Below, piece by piece: positions 48,994 to 58,652 of a stretch of 64,000 bases of DNA. The number at the start of each line of letters is the position of its first letter. Within the stretch, counting starts at the first letter, position 1. The position numbers were made by a program, and so were the translations under genes. The DNA is from an uncultured delta proteobacterium (GTDB taxonomy: Bacteria; Desulfobacterota; Binatia; JACPRU01). The notes under the pieces were generated by a model. That model made no database searches. It worked only from the letters and a program-made list of their open reading frames with translations, and had not been told where the DNA came from. The stretch lies in assembly GCA_963745025.1 (NCBI GenBank), contig CAVUWD010000014.1:32001-96000 (forward strand), given 5' to 3'.

Positions 48994-50415
48994 GTGACCG
49001 GCCGCCTCGACTTCGCCACGAAGCTCTCCTACGGCCTCGGCTCGGTCGCCTTCGGCGTCAAGGACAACGGCTTCTCGTTTTTCCTGCTCCTCTACTACAA
49101 CCAGGTGCTCGGTCTGCCGGAAGCGTGGGTCGGTCTCGGCATCATGGTAGCGCTCATGATCGACGCCGTCGTCGACCCGGTCATCGGTCACCTCTCCGAT
49201 CATCTCCACGCTCGCTGGGGCCGCCGACATCCGTTCATGTACGCGTCCGCGGTCCCGGTCGCGGTCGTGTACTGGCTCTTGTGGAATCCACCCACTCACT
49301 TGCCGCCCGCGCCGCTCTTCGGCTACTTTCTGCTCGTCTCCGTGATCGTGCGGATCGCGATCTCGGTCTACGAGATCCCCAGTGCGTCGTTGGCGCCCGA
49401 GCTGACCGACCACTACGACGAACGCACCTCGATCATCAGCTATCGCTTCTTCTTCGGCTGGTGGGGCGGCCTCGGCATGACCGTGCTCGCCTACGCGTTG
49501 TTCCTGCAACCCGACGCCGCGCACCCGGTCGGCGTGCTGAATCCGGAAGGCTACCGCCGTTACGGCCTCGCCGCGGCGATCCTCATCCTGCTCGCGATCC
49601 TCGTCTCTGCCGTCGGGACGCATGGCTTCATCCCCTATCTGAAGCAGCCCCCGGCGAAACGACACCTCGGAGTCCGCGGCATATTTCGCGAGCTCGGCGA
49701 GACGCTTTCGAACCGTTCCTTCCTCGCGCTCTTCTGTGCCGGAGTGTGCGCCGCCATGGCGGCCGGTCTCGCGGCAGCGCTCTCCATCTACGTCAACACG
49801 TACTTCTGGGAGCTGACGTCGAGCCAGATCTCGGTGCTCGTCTTGAGCTCGTTCGTGTCGGCCGTGGTGGCCCTCGCCGCGACGCCGATCGTATCGAGGC
49901 GGTTCGGGAAGAAGCGTGCGGCGATCGGAGTGTCGCTCGCCGCGATCACCCTCGGTCCGGCGCCGATCGTGCTTCGCCTGTTCGACGCTTTCCCCGCGAA
50001 CGGTTCGCCGAAGCTGATGCCGCTCTTGCTCGTCGCCAATCTCGTCACCACCACGCTGGTGATCATGTCCGGCATTCTTGGCTCCTCGATGGGCGCGGAC
50101 ATCGTCGAGGACAGCGAGCTGTCGACGGGCCGCCGGTCCGAAGGAGTCTTCGTGGCCGCGAACGCCTTCGTGCAGAAGGCGGTATCCGGAGTGGGGATCT
50201 TCGCCTCGACCCTGCTGCTCGGCTTCATCGGCTTCCCGAGGGATGCGAAGCCCGGCGCGGTCGATCCGGCGGTGGTGCGGCACCTCGGCCTGGTCTTCGC
50301 ACCGGCGACCGTGGTGCTCTATCTGATCGCGATCGGCTTCCTCGCGACGTATCGGATCAGTCGGGAGCGCCACGAGGCGAACCTCGAGAAGCTCGCCGAG
50401 AAGGCGCGCTCGTGA
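48994..50415 (+). CDS. MFS transporter, GPH/MelB family
   Basis: KLSYGLG, DAVVDPVIGHLSD...RWGRRHPF, ELTDHYDERT and TGRRSEGVF. Confidence 0.92.
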   Translation: MTGRLDFATKLSYGLGSVAFGVKDNGFSFFLLLYYNQVLGLPEAWVGLGIMVALMIDAVVDPVIGHLSDHLHARWGRRHPFMYASAVPVAVVYWLLWNPPTHLPPAPLFGYFLLVSVIVRIAISVYEIPSASLAPELTDHYDERTSIISYRFFFGWWGGLGMTVLAYALFLQPDAAHPVGVLNPEGYRRYGLAAAILILLAILVSAVGTHGFIPYLKQPPAKRHLGVRGIFRELGETLSNRSFLALFCAGVCAAMAAGLAAALSIYVNTYFWELTSSQISVLVLSSFVSAVVALAATPIVSRRFGKKRAAIGVSLAAITLGPAPIVLRLFDAFPANGSPKLMPLLLVANLVTTTLVIMSGILGSSMGADIVEDSELSTGRRSEGVFVAANAFVQKAVSGVGIFASTLLLGFIGFPRDAKPGAVDPAVVRHLGLVFAPATVVLYLIAIGFLATYRISRERHEANLEKLAEKARS

Positions 50416-50633
50416 AGGTCGTCCGCGAGACGCCGAACCCTGGCAAGGCCTGGACTCTCGACCCCTATGACCGAGGCAAGACGTGGTCCCATGGCGCGGC
50501 CGAGATCGAGACGAGTCACGATGGCGGACGCACGTGGAGCCCGCCGCTCACGTGTCGATTCGGAGCGACGAATCCCGATCCGCAGCGCTCGGTCTCGAGC
50601 GCTCGGCTCGGTGAGCATCGCCAGCGCGAGGGC

Positions 50634-51623
50634 ATGGCAGAGAAGCGACTCCCCTCGTTCGGCTGGCTCATGCTCGTGCTTCTCAGCGCGACGGTCGCTC
50701 GGGCCGCCGGCGAAGCATCGAAGGCGGGCCAGGGTGTGCCGCGCCTTCAGCACGTTTTCGTCATCATCGAAGAGAACATGGGCTTCGACGAAGTCGCCAC
50801 CACCCACGCCGGCGAAGCCCCGTATCTGAACGCGCTGGCGGCGGCTCACGTGCGGCACGAAGCCTACTACGCGATCACTCACCCGAGCTTGGGTAACTAC
50901 ACGGCGCTCGTCAGCGGGCAGCTTCCGAGCCCGCTCGAGCGACGAAATTGCCCTTTTTATAACAATTGCATCCGCGCAGGGCCGACGCTCGCCGATCAGC
51001 TCACGACCAAAGGCCTCACCTGGCGCGGCTACTTCGAAAGCATGCCCGTTCCTTGCGCCCGGCCCACCGGCTTCTGGGACGACTACCAGGACGGCTATGC
51101 GACGCGGCACAATCCCTTCGTCTATTTTCAGGAGATCGTCCGCGACGAAGCCTACTGCCAGACACACGTCGTCCCCTACGAGAAGCACTTCGCGGCCGAT
51201 CTCAAGGCCGGCCCGCCGAACTTCGCGTTCATCGTGCCGAACACCTGTAACGACGGCCACGATACCGGCTGCAAGGTCGGCAAGACGGCGCTCGAGGTGC
51301 TCGACGGCTGGCTGCAGAACAACGTGCCGCCGATCCTCAAGTTCGTCTACGAGAATCCGGGCTCGGCGCTCGTCATCACCTTCGACGAGGCGGAATTCAG
51401 CGACGGCGCGGCCTGCTGCAAGCAGAAATCGGGGCGCGGCGGCGGCCACATCGACTTCGTGCTGATCGCGCCCGGCCTCGAGCGAGCTCCGGGGCATCGC
51501 TCGCGGGTGCCGGCCAATCACTACTCGTTGCTGCGAACGCTCGAGGACGCGTTCGGCCTCGCACCCCTCGGCGAAGCGGCACACGTCGAGCCCATGAAGG
51601 ACCTGTTCGCCTCGGCGCCTTGA
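50634..51623 (+). CDS. Secreted phosphoesterase (acid phosphatase family)
   Basis: HVFVIIEEN, THPSLGNY, RHNPFVYF, PNTCNDGHD, ITFDE and NHYSLLRT. Confidence 0.88.
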   Translation: MAEKRLPSFGWLMLVLLSATVARAAGEASKAGQGVPRLQHVFVIIEENMGFDEVATTHAGEAPYLNALAAAHVRHEAYYAITHPSLGNYTALVSGQLPSPLERRNCPFYNNCIRAGPTLADQLTTKGLTWRGYFESMPVPCARPTGFWDDYQDGYATRHNPFVYFQEIVRDEAYCQTHVVPYEKHFAADLKAGPPNFAFIVPNTCNDGHDTGCKVGKTALEVLDGWLQNNVPPILKFVYENPGSALVITFDEAEFSDGAACCKQKSGRGGGHIDFVLIAPGLERAPGHRSRVPANHYSLLRTLEDAFGLAPLGEAAHVEPMKDLFASAP

Positions 51624-51625
51624 GG

Positions 51626-51793
51626 GTCGTTCAAGTGCTCGACCGCGCCGTGACCATACTCGACACGCTGGCTGCCGACGACGATCTGTCGCTCTTCGAG
51701 CTCGCCGAGCGGTTGAGCCTCCACAAGAGCACGATCCATCGCCTGCTCGTGGTGCTCGAGCGGCACCGGCTGGTCGAGCGCCGTTCTACGTGA
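51626..51793 (+). pseudogene. IclR-family regulator, N-terminal HTH fragment only
   Basis: VQVLDRAVTILDTLAADDDLSLFELAERLSLHKSTIHRLLVVLERHRLVER, then stop. Effector domain absent. Confidence 0.75.
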
Positions 51794-51987
51794 CCGGCGG
51801 CACCTTCACACACGGTAAGGAGTCGCTCGGCGAGAGTTACGTCGAAGGAACGGCGATCGAACCCCCGTGGACGGCGGTCGCTTTGAGTGTCGCTTTCACA
51901 TTGCCAACGGTCGGCCGACGTGCTTGCCTGCGGTCGAGCCGATCATCACCGATGCCATGGCGGTGGTCGGGGAGCTCGGGGGTCGAT

Positions 51988-52269
51988 ATGCGCGGGTTGA
52001 AAGACAAGGTAACGCTGGTGACCGGCGCGGGTCGTGGCATCGAGCGGGCGATCGCGGAGCGGTGCGCCGACGAAGGCGCGAAGGTTGCGGCGCTCGACGT
52101 CGCCCCGGACAATCCGAAGCTCATCGAGGCGCTGAAGCGAGCTGTGCCGTTCGGACGAATCGGCGAGCCGCACGAGATCGCTGCGGCGGTCGCGTTCCTC
52201 GCCGTAGCCGACGCCGCGTTCATCACCGGGCAAACTCTGTCGGTGAGCGGCGGCCTGACCACGGTGTAG
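51988..52269 (+). pseudogene. badH: BadH-like 2-hydroxycyclohexanecarboxyl-CoA dehydrogenase with large in-frame internal deletion
   Basis: MRGLKDKVTLVTGAGRGI... joined directly (near 52101) to ...PFGRIGEP...FITGQTLSVSGGLT. The NNAG and YxxxK catalytic core is missing; 93 aa. Confidence 0.75.
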
Positions 52270-52273
52270 GAGC

Positions 52274-53053
52274 ATGTACGAGACGCTCCGCTTCGAGGTG
52301 GAAGAATCGATCGGCTGGGTGCGGCTCGCACGGCCGCAGAAGCTGAACGCGATCAGCCCGCAGATGGTGCGCGAGCTCCGGGCGGTGGTCGACGCCGTGC
52401 GGGCCGACGCGTCGATCCGTGCCGTCGTGTTCACCGGCACGGGGCGCGCCTTCTCTGCAGGCGCCGACATCGCCGAGCTCGTCGGTCTCGCGAGCTCGAC
52501 GCGCTTCCTGCAATTCCTCGAAGAGATCCAGGGCGTGTACGACGAGATCGAAGCGCTCGACCGTCCGACGCTCGCCGCCGTGAATGGCCTCGCCTACGGT
52601 GGCGGCTGCGAGCTGGCCATCGCCTGCGACCTACGCATCATGGCCGAGAGCGCCACGCTCGGCGTACCGGAGATCCTGATCGGCATGCTACCGGGGGGCG
52701 GCGGCACGCAGCGGCTCTCGCGTCTGCTGCCACCGGCGATCGCCAAGCAGTTGATCTTCTTCGGCGAGCCGCTCGACGCGGCATCGGCGGCGCGCCATGG
52801 CATCGTCAACTCGGTGGTGCCCGACGAAGCGATCGAGCCGACGGCTCGGCGATGGGCAAAGAAGCTCGCGTCGCGACCGCCGCTCGCGCTCGCCGCCGCC
52901 AAGAGGCTCGTCCGCGCGGCGGGCAATGCCGACCTCCAGAGCGGCCTCGACGCCGAACGAACCGCCGTCGGGTTCCTCTACGGCACCGAAGACGGCCGTG
53001 AAGGCCTCACGGCGTTCCTCGAGAAGCGTGCGGCGAAGTTCCGCGGGCGGTAG
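52274..53053 (+). CDS. Enoyl-CoA hydratase/isomerase (BadK-like by context)
   Basis: RAFSAGADI, AYGGGCEL and PE..IG.LPGGGGTQRL. Confidence 0.9.
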   Translation: MYETLRFEVEESIGWVRLARPQKLNAISPQMVRELRAVVDAVRADASIRAVVFTGTGRAFSAGADIAELVGLASSTRFLQFLEEIQGVYDEIEALDRPTLAAVNGLAYGGGCELAIACDLRIMAESATLGVPEILIGMLPGGGGTQRLSRLLPPAIAKQLIFFGEPLDAASAARHGIVNSVVPDEAIEPTARRWAKKLASRPPLALAAAKRLVRAAGNADLQSGLDAERTAVGFLYGTEDGREGLTAFLEKRAAKFRGR

Positions 53054-53061
53054 AGCGTCGC

Positions 53062-54723
53062 ATGTTCTTCGAGACGACGCTCGCCGCCGAGCGAATCGAG
53101 ACGCTCACCGCCAACGGCAGCTATACCGATCGGCTGCTCAACGACTTCGTCGAGGACTGGGCGAAGCGCCGGCCCAACAAGACCGCGATCGTCGACGCGC
53201 GCGGCCGCTACAGTTACGGCGAGCTCCGCGCGCGCGCCGACACGGCGGCACTCGGCTTTCTCGACTGCGGCGTGCGTCATGGAGACGTCGTCACGGTTCA
53301 GCTTCCGAACTGGAACGAATTCGTCGTCATCGCGCTCGCGCTCGAGCGCATCGGAGCCGTGATCAACCCCGTGGCGCCGATCTTCCGCAGCCACGAGCTG
53401 CGGAGCATCCTGCGCCTCGCCCGCAGCAAGGCGGTGGTCATGCCGGCGAGCTTCCGCGGCTTCGATTACGCGCCCATGTATCGCGCGCTTTGCGCGGAGC
53501 TTCCGACGGCCGCCACGCAAATCGTGGTCGGAGACGGGGGATCGACGCCCGACTACCTCTGCTGGGACGAGCTTCTCGATCGCGGCACGAGCCGCGATCG
53601 GCTCCGCGTCGCGCTCGACGTGGTTCGTCCCGGGCCAAACGAGGTGCGCGAGCTGATATTCACCTCGGGAACGACCGGTGAGCCGAAAGGAGTGATGCAC
53701 ACGGCGAACACGATCTCGGCGGGCGTCGATCCCATCATGCGCACCCTGGGCATGTCGGGCGACGACGTCTGCCACATGGCTTCCACGCTCGGTCACCAGA
53801 CGGGGTTCCTCTACGGCATGGAGCTCGCCCTGCGCAGCGGCGCGCGCCTGATCCTCCAGGAGACCTGGGATGCCGTTCACTTCGTGAAGCTCGTCGAGGC
53901 GGAGCGCATCACCGTGACGATGGGCGCGACGCCCTTCCTCGCCGACACGCTGGCGGCGCCGAACGTGGCGCATCACGACATGACGTCGCTCCGCGTCTTC
54001 ATCTGCGGGGGGGCGCCGATTCCGCGCCCGCTCGCCGAGCGCGCGAGCCGCGAGCTCGCCTGCCGGCTGGTGCCGGTCTGGGGGATGACCGAGATCGGCA
54101 TCGTCACCACCGTCGGCCCACAAGACCCGGCGGCGAAGATCTCGACGAGCGACGGCAAGCCCTACCCCGGAGGGGAAGTTGCGGTGCGCGCCGACGACGG
54201 CACGCCGGCGCCGGCCGGGTGCGAAGGCGAGCTTTGGACACGGACGCCCGCGATGTTCGCGGGCTACAGCCAGGGCCGCGCGTTCACGGCGAAATTCTTC
54301 GACGCGGACGGCTGGTTCCAGACGGGCGACCGTGCGACCATGGACGGCGACGGGTACATCCGCATCACCGGCCGCAGCAAGGATCTCATCATCCGCGGGG
54401 GCGAGAACGTGTCGGTCAAGGAGATCGAGGACGTGTTGATCCGCCACCCCAAAGTGCGAAGCGTCGCGCTCGTCGCCGTGCCGCACCCTAGGCTCGGCGA
54501 GATCGGCTGCGCCTGTGTGGTGCCCAAGACCGGGGCAAGCCCCTCGCTCGAGGGGCTCTGCGCCTTGCTGAAGGAGGACCAGGTGACGCGACAGTTTTGG
54601 CCCGAGCGGATCCTCGTGCTCGACGAGCTGCCGATGACGCCAAGCGGCAAGATCCAGAAGTTCCGCCTGCGCGAGCTCGCCGCGGAAGCGGGATGCGTTG
54701 CCGCTTCCGCAACGGGGGGTTAA
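53062..54723 (+). CDS. aliA: Cyclohexanecarboxylate-CoA ligase-like AMP-binding enzyme
   Basis: QLPNWNEF, FTSGTTGEPKGVMHT, HQTGFLYG, WGMTE, GRSKDLIIRGGEN and SGKIQKF, plus operon context. Confidence 0.8.
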   Translation: MFFETTLAAERIETLTANGSYTDRLLNDFVEDWAKRRPNKTAIVDARGRYSYGELRARADTAALGFLDCGVRHGDVVTVQLPNWNEFVVIALALERIGAVINPVAPIFRSHELRSILRLARSKAVVMPASFRGFDYAPMYRALCAELPTAATQIVVGDGGSTPDYLCWDELLDRGTSRDRLRVALDVVRPGPNEVRELIFTSGTTGEPKGVMHTANTISAGVDPIMRTLGMSGDDVCHMASTLGHQTGFLYGMELALRSGARLILQETWDAVHFVKLVEAERITVTMGATPFLADTLAAPNVAHHDMTSLRVFICGGAPIPRPLAERASRELACRLVPVWGMTEIGIVTTVGPQDPAAKISTSDGKPYPGGEVAVRADDGTPAPAGCEGELWTRTPAMFAGYSQGRAFTAKFFDADGWFQTGDRATMDGDGYIRITGRSKDLIIRGGENVSVKEIEDVLIRHPKVRSVALVAVPHPRLGEIGCACVVPKTGASPSLEGLCALLKEDQVTRQFWPERILVLDELPMTPSGKIQKFRLRELAAEAGCVAASATGG

Positions 54724-54742
54724 GCCGACTTCGAGGATTTCC

Positions 54743-55894
54743 GTGGACTTCACGTTTTCCGACCCGGAACGCCAATTCGCCGAATCGCTCCGTCGCTATG
54801 CGCGAGAGCGCCTGCGTGCGGAGTACGCGCAGTGGGACCGCGGCACGCCGTACCCGCGTAGCCGCATTCGCGAGCTCGCGGAACTCGGTATCACGGGCTT
54901 GCGCATCCCGGCCGAGTACGGCGGCGCCCAGGCGACCTACGTGATGGCCGGGATCGCCGCCGAGGAGCTCGCGCGCGGCGACTACAACGTGACGCTCGTC
55001 CTCCAGATCGCGATGATCAGCGGCGACATATTGAGCGCGCACGCGACGGCAGCGGTGAAGGATGCGTGGCTGCCGGCGATGGCGAGCGGTGAGCGTCTGG
55101 TCGCCTTCGGCCTGACGGAGCCGGGTGCGGGATCCGACGCAGCCGCCCTCACGACCACCGCGGTGCGGGACGGCGACTCGTACCTCGTGAGCGGCGAAAA
55201 GGCCTCCATCACCTTCGCGGGAATGGCCGACGCATGCATCGTCTTCGCCCGCATGGGCGGCACGGGAGCGCGCGGCATCGGCGCGGTCCTCGTGCCGCTC
55301 GACGCGCCGGGAGTCTCGCGCCGCATCTACCGCTCGCCGGGAGAACGATTGAGCCAGCGAGGCTCGCTCTGCTTCGACGGCGTGCGCGTGCCGGCGGAGA
55401 ATCGGATCGGCGACGAGAGCGGCGGCTTCATCCAGGCCATGACCGCGTTCGACTACAACCGCGCGGTCATCGCGCTCTGCTGCGTCGGAGCCGCAGAGCA
55501 GTCGCTCGACGAGACGATCGAGTACGCCAAGCAGCGCCACACGTTCGGCAAGCCGATCGCCAAGCACGAAGGCGTATCGTTTCAGATCGCCGAGCATCTG
55601 ACGATGCTCTCCGCCGCCCGTCTGCTCGCCTATCAGTGCCTGGCGCTTCGCGACCGAGGACGACCGCACACCAAGGAAGCGGCCATGGCCAAGTGGCTCG
55701 GTCCGAAGGCGGCCGCGGAGGCGATCCACGCCTGCATCCTGCTCCACGGCTGGATCGGCTACGATCAGGACTTGCCGCACGAGCAGCGGCTGCGCGACGT
55801 CATCGGTCTCGAGATCGGCGACGGAACCCCGGAGATCATGAAGGCGATCATCGCCCGCGAGACGTTCGGGCGCGAGTTCTCCGCCTACAAGTGA
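54743..55894 (+). CDS. aliB: Cyclohexanecarboxyl-CoA dehydrogenase-like acyl-CoA dehydrogenase
   Basis: LTEPGAGSDAA, FDYNRA and PHEQRLRDVIGLEIGDGT. GTG start after GAGG. Confidence 0.8.
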   Translation: MDFTFSDPERQFAESLRRYARERLRAEYAQWDRGTPYPRSRIRELAELGITGLRIPAEYGGAQATYVMAGIAAEELARGDYNVTLVLQIAMISGDILSAHATAAVKDAWLPAMASGERLVAFGLTEPGAGSDAAALTTTAVRDGDSYLVSGEKASITFAGMADACIVFARMGGTGARGIGAVLVPLDAPGVSRRIYRSPGERLSQRGSLCFDGVRVPAENRIGDESGGFIQAMTAFDYNRAVIALCCVGAAEQSLDETIEYAKQRHTFGKPIAKHEGVSFQIAEHLTMLSAARLLAYQCLALRDRGRPHTKEAAMAKWLGPKAAAEAIHACILLHGWIGYDQDLPHEQRLRDVIGLEIGDGTPEIMKAIIARETFGREFSAYK

Positions 55895-56100
55895 GGAGCC
55901 AAATTTCCTTCGACGACATCCTCTACGACAAGCGGGACGGCAGCGCGACGATCACCATCAACCGTCCCAATGTAGGGATCTCGGCGCTCGGGATGTCGTC
56001 GCTCGCGCTCTGCTAAATCACGGAGGAAGCGATGGAAGGCCGCAACGCGTTCATCGAGAAGCGCAAGCCAAACTTCCGCAAATACCGTCGATCGCCATGA
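55891..56100 (+). pseudogene. badI: BadI/MenB-like ring-cleaving hydrolase with internal deletion and stop codon
   Basis: FDDILYDKRDGSATITINRP fused (near 55974) to GISALGMSSLALC*ITEEAMEGRNAFIEKRKPNFRKY. TAA at 56014-56016. Confidence 0.75.
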
Positions 56101-56855
56101 GACTCGCCGGAAAGATCGCGCTCATCACCGGGGCGTCGCGCGGCATCGGCCGTGCGACGGCCGAACGTTTCGCCCGCGAGGGCGCTGCGATCGTCGTCAA
56201 CTACCGGCGCGGTCGCGAGGCCGCCGCCGCAACCGTCGACGCAATCGTTGGCGGCGGCGGAACGGCGATCGCCGTCGAGGCCGACCTCGGGAGCGGCGAC
56301 GCGATCGCGGCGATGTTCGCCGAGGTTCGCAGCCGCTTCGGCGCGCTCGACGTACTCGTCGCCAACGCGGCGGCGACCGCGTTTCGCCCGCTCCTCGAGA
56401 CCAAGCCGCATCACGTCGAACGCACGTTCGCGATCACGGTCTCGGGCTTTCTCCGCTGCGTGCAGGAGGCCGTGCCGCTGATGGACGGGCGCGGCGGCGC
56501 GATCGTGGCGGTCTCGGGCTTCGACACGCTGAAGACGCTCCCCGGCCACGGCACACTCGGTGCGGCCAAGGCTTCGATGGAGATGCTGGCCCGCTACCTC
56601 GCCGCCGAGCTCGCGCCGCGTGGGATCCGAGTCAACGCCGTGAATCCCGGTTACGTCGACACCGACTCGGCGCGCTTTTACGCGGGAGAGGACTACGAGC
56701 GGCGGGTCCGCGAAGAGTGGATTCCATCGATCCCGGCGTCGCGCATCGCGTCGCCGGAGGAGATCGCCGCGGCGATCCTCTTTCTCTGCTCGGCCGACGC
56801 GAGCTACGTCTACGGCCAGACGCTCGTCGTGGACGGAGGGCTAACGCTCGCTTGA
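56097..56855 (+). CDS. SDR, FabL-like enoyl reductase
   Basis: TGASRGIG, ANAAATAFRP, GAAKASME and YLAAELAPRGIRVNAV. Confidence 0.85.
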   Translation: MRLAGKIALITGASRGIGRATAERFAREGAAIVVNYRRGREAAAATVDAIVGGGGTAIAVEADLGSGDAIAAMFAEVRSRFGALDVLVANAAATAFRPLLETKPHHVERTFAITVSGFLRCVQEAVPLMDGRGGAIVAVSGFDTLKTLPGHGTLGAAKASMEMLARYLAAELAPRGIRVNAVNPGYVDTDSARFYAGEDYERRVREEWIPSIPASRIASPEEIAAAILFLCSADASYVYGQTLVVDGGLTLA

Positions 56856-56922
56856 CGGACGTTCACGGCGTCGCCCAAATTCTGGGGATCTCATCTCGTA
56901 ATATAAGACGGCGGATCGGGTC

Positions 56923-57666
56923 ATGGATTCGGGGCTGAGAGTCGCGGTCGTCACCGGAGCGAGCCACGGCATCGGCCGAGAGATCGCGATGACGCTCGCC
57001 GAGCACGGTTTCATGGTGCGCGGCATCGGTCTCTATGCGCGCGACATCGCGGCGGCCCACGAGGAAGCGAAGCGCCGCTCGCTCGATGTCGAGATCTACG
57101 AAGGCGATGTCAGCCGCGCCGCGGAGGTCGCCAAGTTCCAGCGCTGGGTGGAGAAGACGGGCGGCCGGCTGCGCGCGATCTGCAACAACGCCGCCATCCG
57201 CCCGGCCGGCACCGTCCTCACCACGTCGGAGGAAGACTGGGATCGCGCGTTCGCGGTCAACGTGAAGGGGGCGTTTCTCGTCCTGCGCGCCTTCGTTCCT
57301 AGGCTGATCGCCGCCGGCGGCGGCTCGATCGTCAACATCGCGTCGTGCTCGGCGATGGGTGCCGCGAACCTCCTCGCCTACTCGGCGAGCAAGAGCGCTC
57401 TCATCGCCATGACTCGCTGCCTCGCGGAGGACCACAAGGGCGACCGAATACGCGCCAACGTGATCCTTCCCGGGCCGATCCGCTCCGGCATGACCGAGGG
57501 CTTGCCGAACGAGCGCCTCGTCTGGTGCGAGCACAACGGCGTACAGGGGCGCCTCGGGCTGCCGCGCGACGTCGCCAACGCGGTCGCGTTCCTGGCCTCG
57601 GACGAAGCCGAAACCATCAGCGGAACCGAGCTCCGCGTGAATTACTGGCCTGCCCTCTTCGGCTGA
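56923..57666 (+). CDS. SDR family oxidoreductase
   Basis: TGASHGIG, NNAA, YSASK and IRANVILPG. Confidence 0.88.
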   Translation: MDSGLRVAVVTGASHGIGREIAMTLAEHGFMVRGIGLYARDIAAAHEEAKRRSLDVEIYEGDVSRAAEVAKFQRWVEKTGGRLRAICNNAAIRPAGTVLTTSEEDWDRAFAVNVKGAFLVLRAFVPRLIAAGGGSIVNIASCSAMGAANLLAYSASKSALIAMTRCLAEDHKGDRIRANVILPGPIRSGMTEGLPNERLVWCEHNGVQGRLGLPRDVANAVAFLASDEAETISGTELRVNYWPALFG

Positions 57667-57747
57667 GGCTAAAGCACGAGTATGTACGGGCGGAGACGAC
57701 TCGCGACCAACGGGAGCGAGCAAACGAGACGGTAAGGCGCAGTGCCC

Positions 57748-58533
57748 ATGGACTCCACGAAGATCGAGCACTACGGCGACGAGCTCTACCGGGCGTTACG
57801 CGAGCGTTTCACCGTCGCGCCGCTCACCGAGCGGGAGCCGGAGATCACGGTCGAAGACGCCTACCGCATCCAGCTCGCGATCGTGGCGCGGAAGCTCGCT
57901 CGCGAGGGCGTTCGCCACGTCGGCAAGAAGATCGGCGTGACGAGCGAGGTCGTGCAGAAGGCGCTCGGCGTCGACCGGCCCGACTTCGGCCACCTGACCT
58001 CGGAGATGTGGCTGCGCGACGGCGACTCCGTACCGACCGATCGCCTGCTCCAGCCGCGCGCCGAGGGTGAGATCGCCTTTGTGCTGAAGCGGGACCTCCG
58101 TGGCCCCGGCCTCACGGAGGCCGACGTGCTCGCGGCGACCGATTGCGTCAAGGCCTGCTTCGAGATCGTCGACTCGCGGATCCGCGACTGGAAGATCAAG
58201 ATCCAGGACACGATCGCCGACAATGCTTCCTCCGGCATGCTGGTGGTGAGCGACGGCGCGGTCTCGCCGGCGTGCGTAGACCTGCTCGGCTGCCGCATGA
58301 GGCTCGAGAAGAACGGTGGCGTCGTCGGCACGGGGACCGGCGCCGCGACGATGGGATCGCCGCTCCGCGCCGTGACGTGGCTCGTCGACACGCTCGGCGA
58401 GCTCGGCGTCGTGCTCCGCGCCGGCGAGATCGTGCTTTCGGGCTCGCTCGGGCCGCTCGTCCCGGCGCTCCACGGGGACCGCATGCGGCTCGCCATCGAG
58501 GGGATCGGCGAGTGCGCGGCGCACTTCGGGTGA
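57748..58533 (+). CDS. 2-keto-4-pentenoate hydratase (FAH family, MhpD/XylJ-like)
   Basis: EDAYRIQ, GKKIGVTS, PDFG, EGEIAF, EIVDSRI and DTIADNASS. Confidence 0.9.
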   Translation: MDSTKIEHYGDELYRALRERFTVAPLTEREPEITVEDAYRIQLAIVARKLAREGVRHVGKKIGVTSEVVQKALGVDRPDFGHLTSEMWLRDGDSVPTDRLLQPRAEGEIAFVLKRDLRGPGLTEADVLAATDCVKACFEIVDSRIRDWKIKIQDTIADNASSGMLVVSDGAVSPACVDLLGCRMRLEKNGGVVGTGTGAATMGSPLRAVTWLVDTLGELGVVLRAGEIVLSGSLGPLVPALHGDRMRLAIEGIGECAAHFG

Positions 58534-58652
58534 GCGGCCGGAAGCCGCCTGCGCGATCACCGGATCGGGCGACGTCGCGACCGACCGCCTCTACCTGCTG
58601 CGGTGCTTCGCGCCACCCCTCGTCCGATGCCGGATCGGCTGGTCTCGGCTTC

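Noticed and set aside
47557-51623. Very long ORFs of 952 aa and 1007 aa suggesting large fusion proteins
   Set aside because: These are stop-free extensions in GC-rich DNA overlapping other genes. The real genes are the MFS (48994) and the phosphoesterase (50634).
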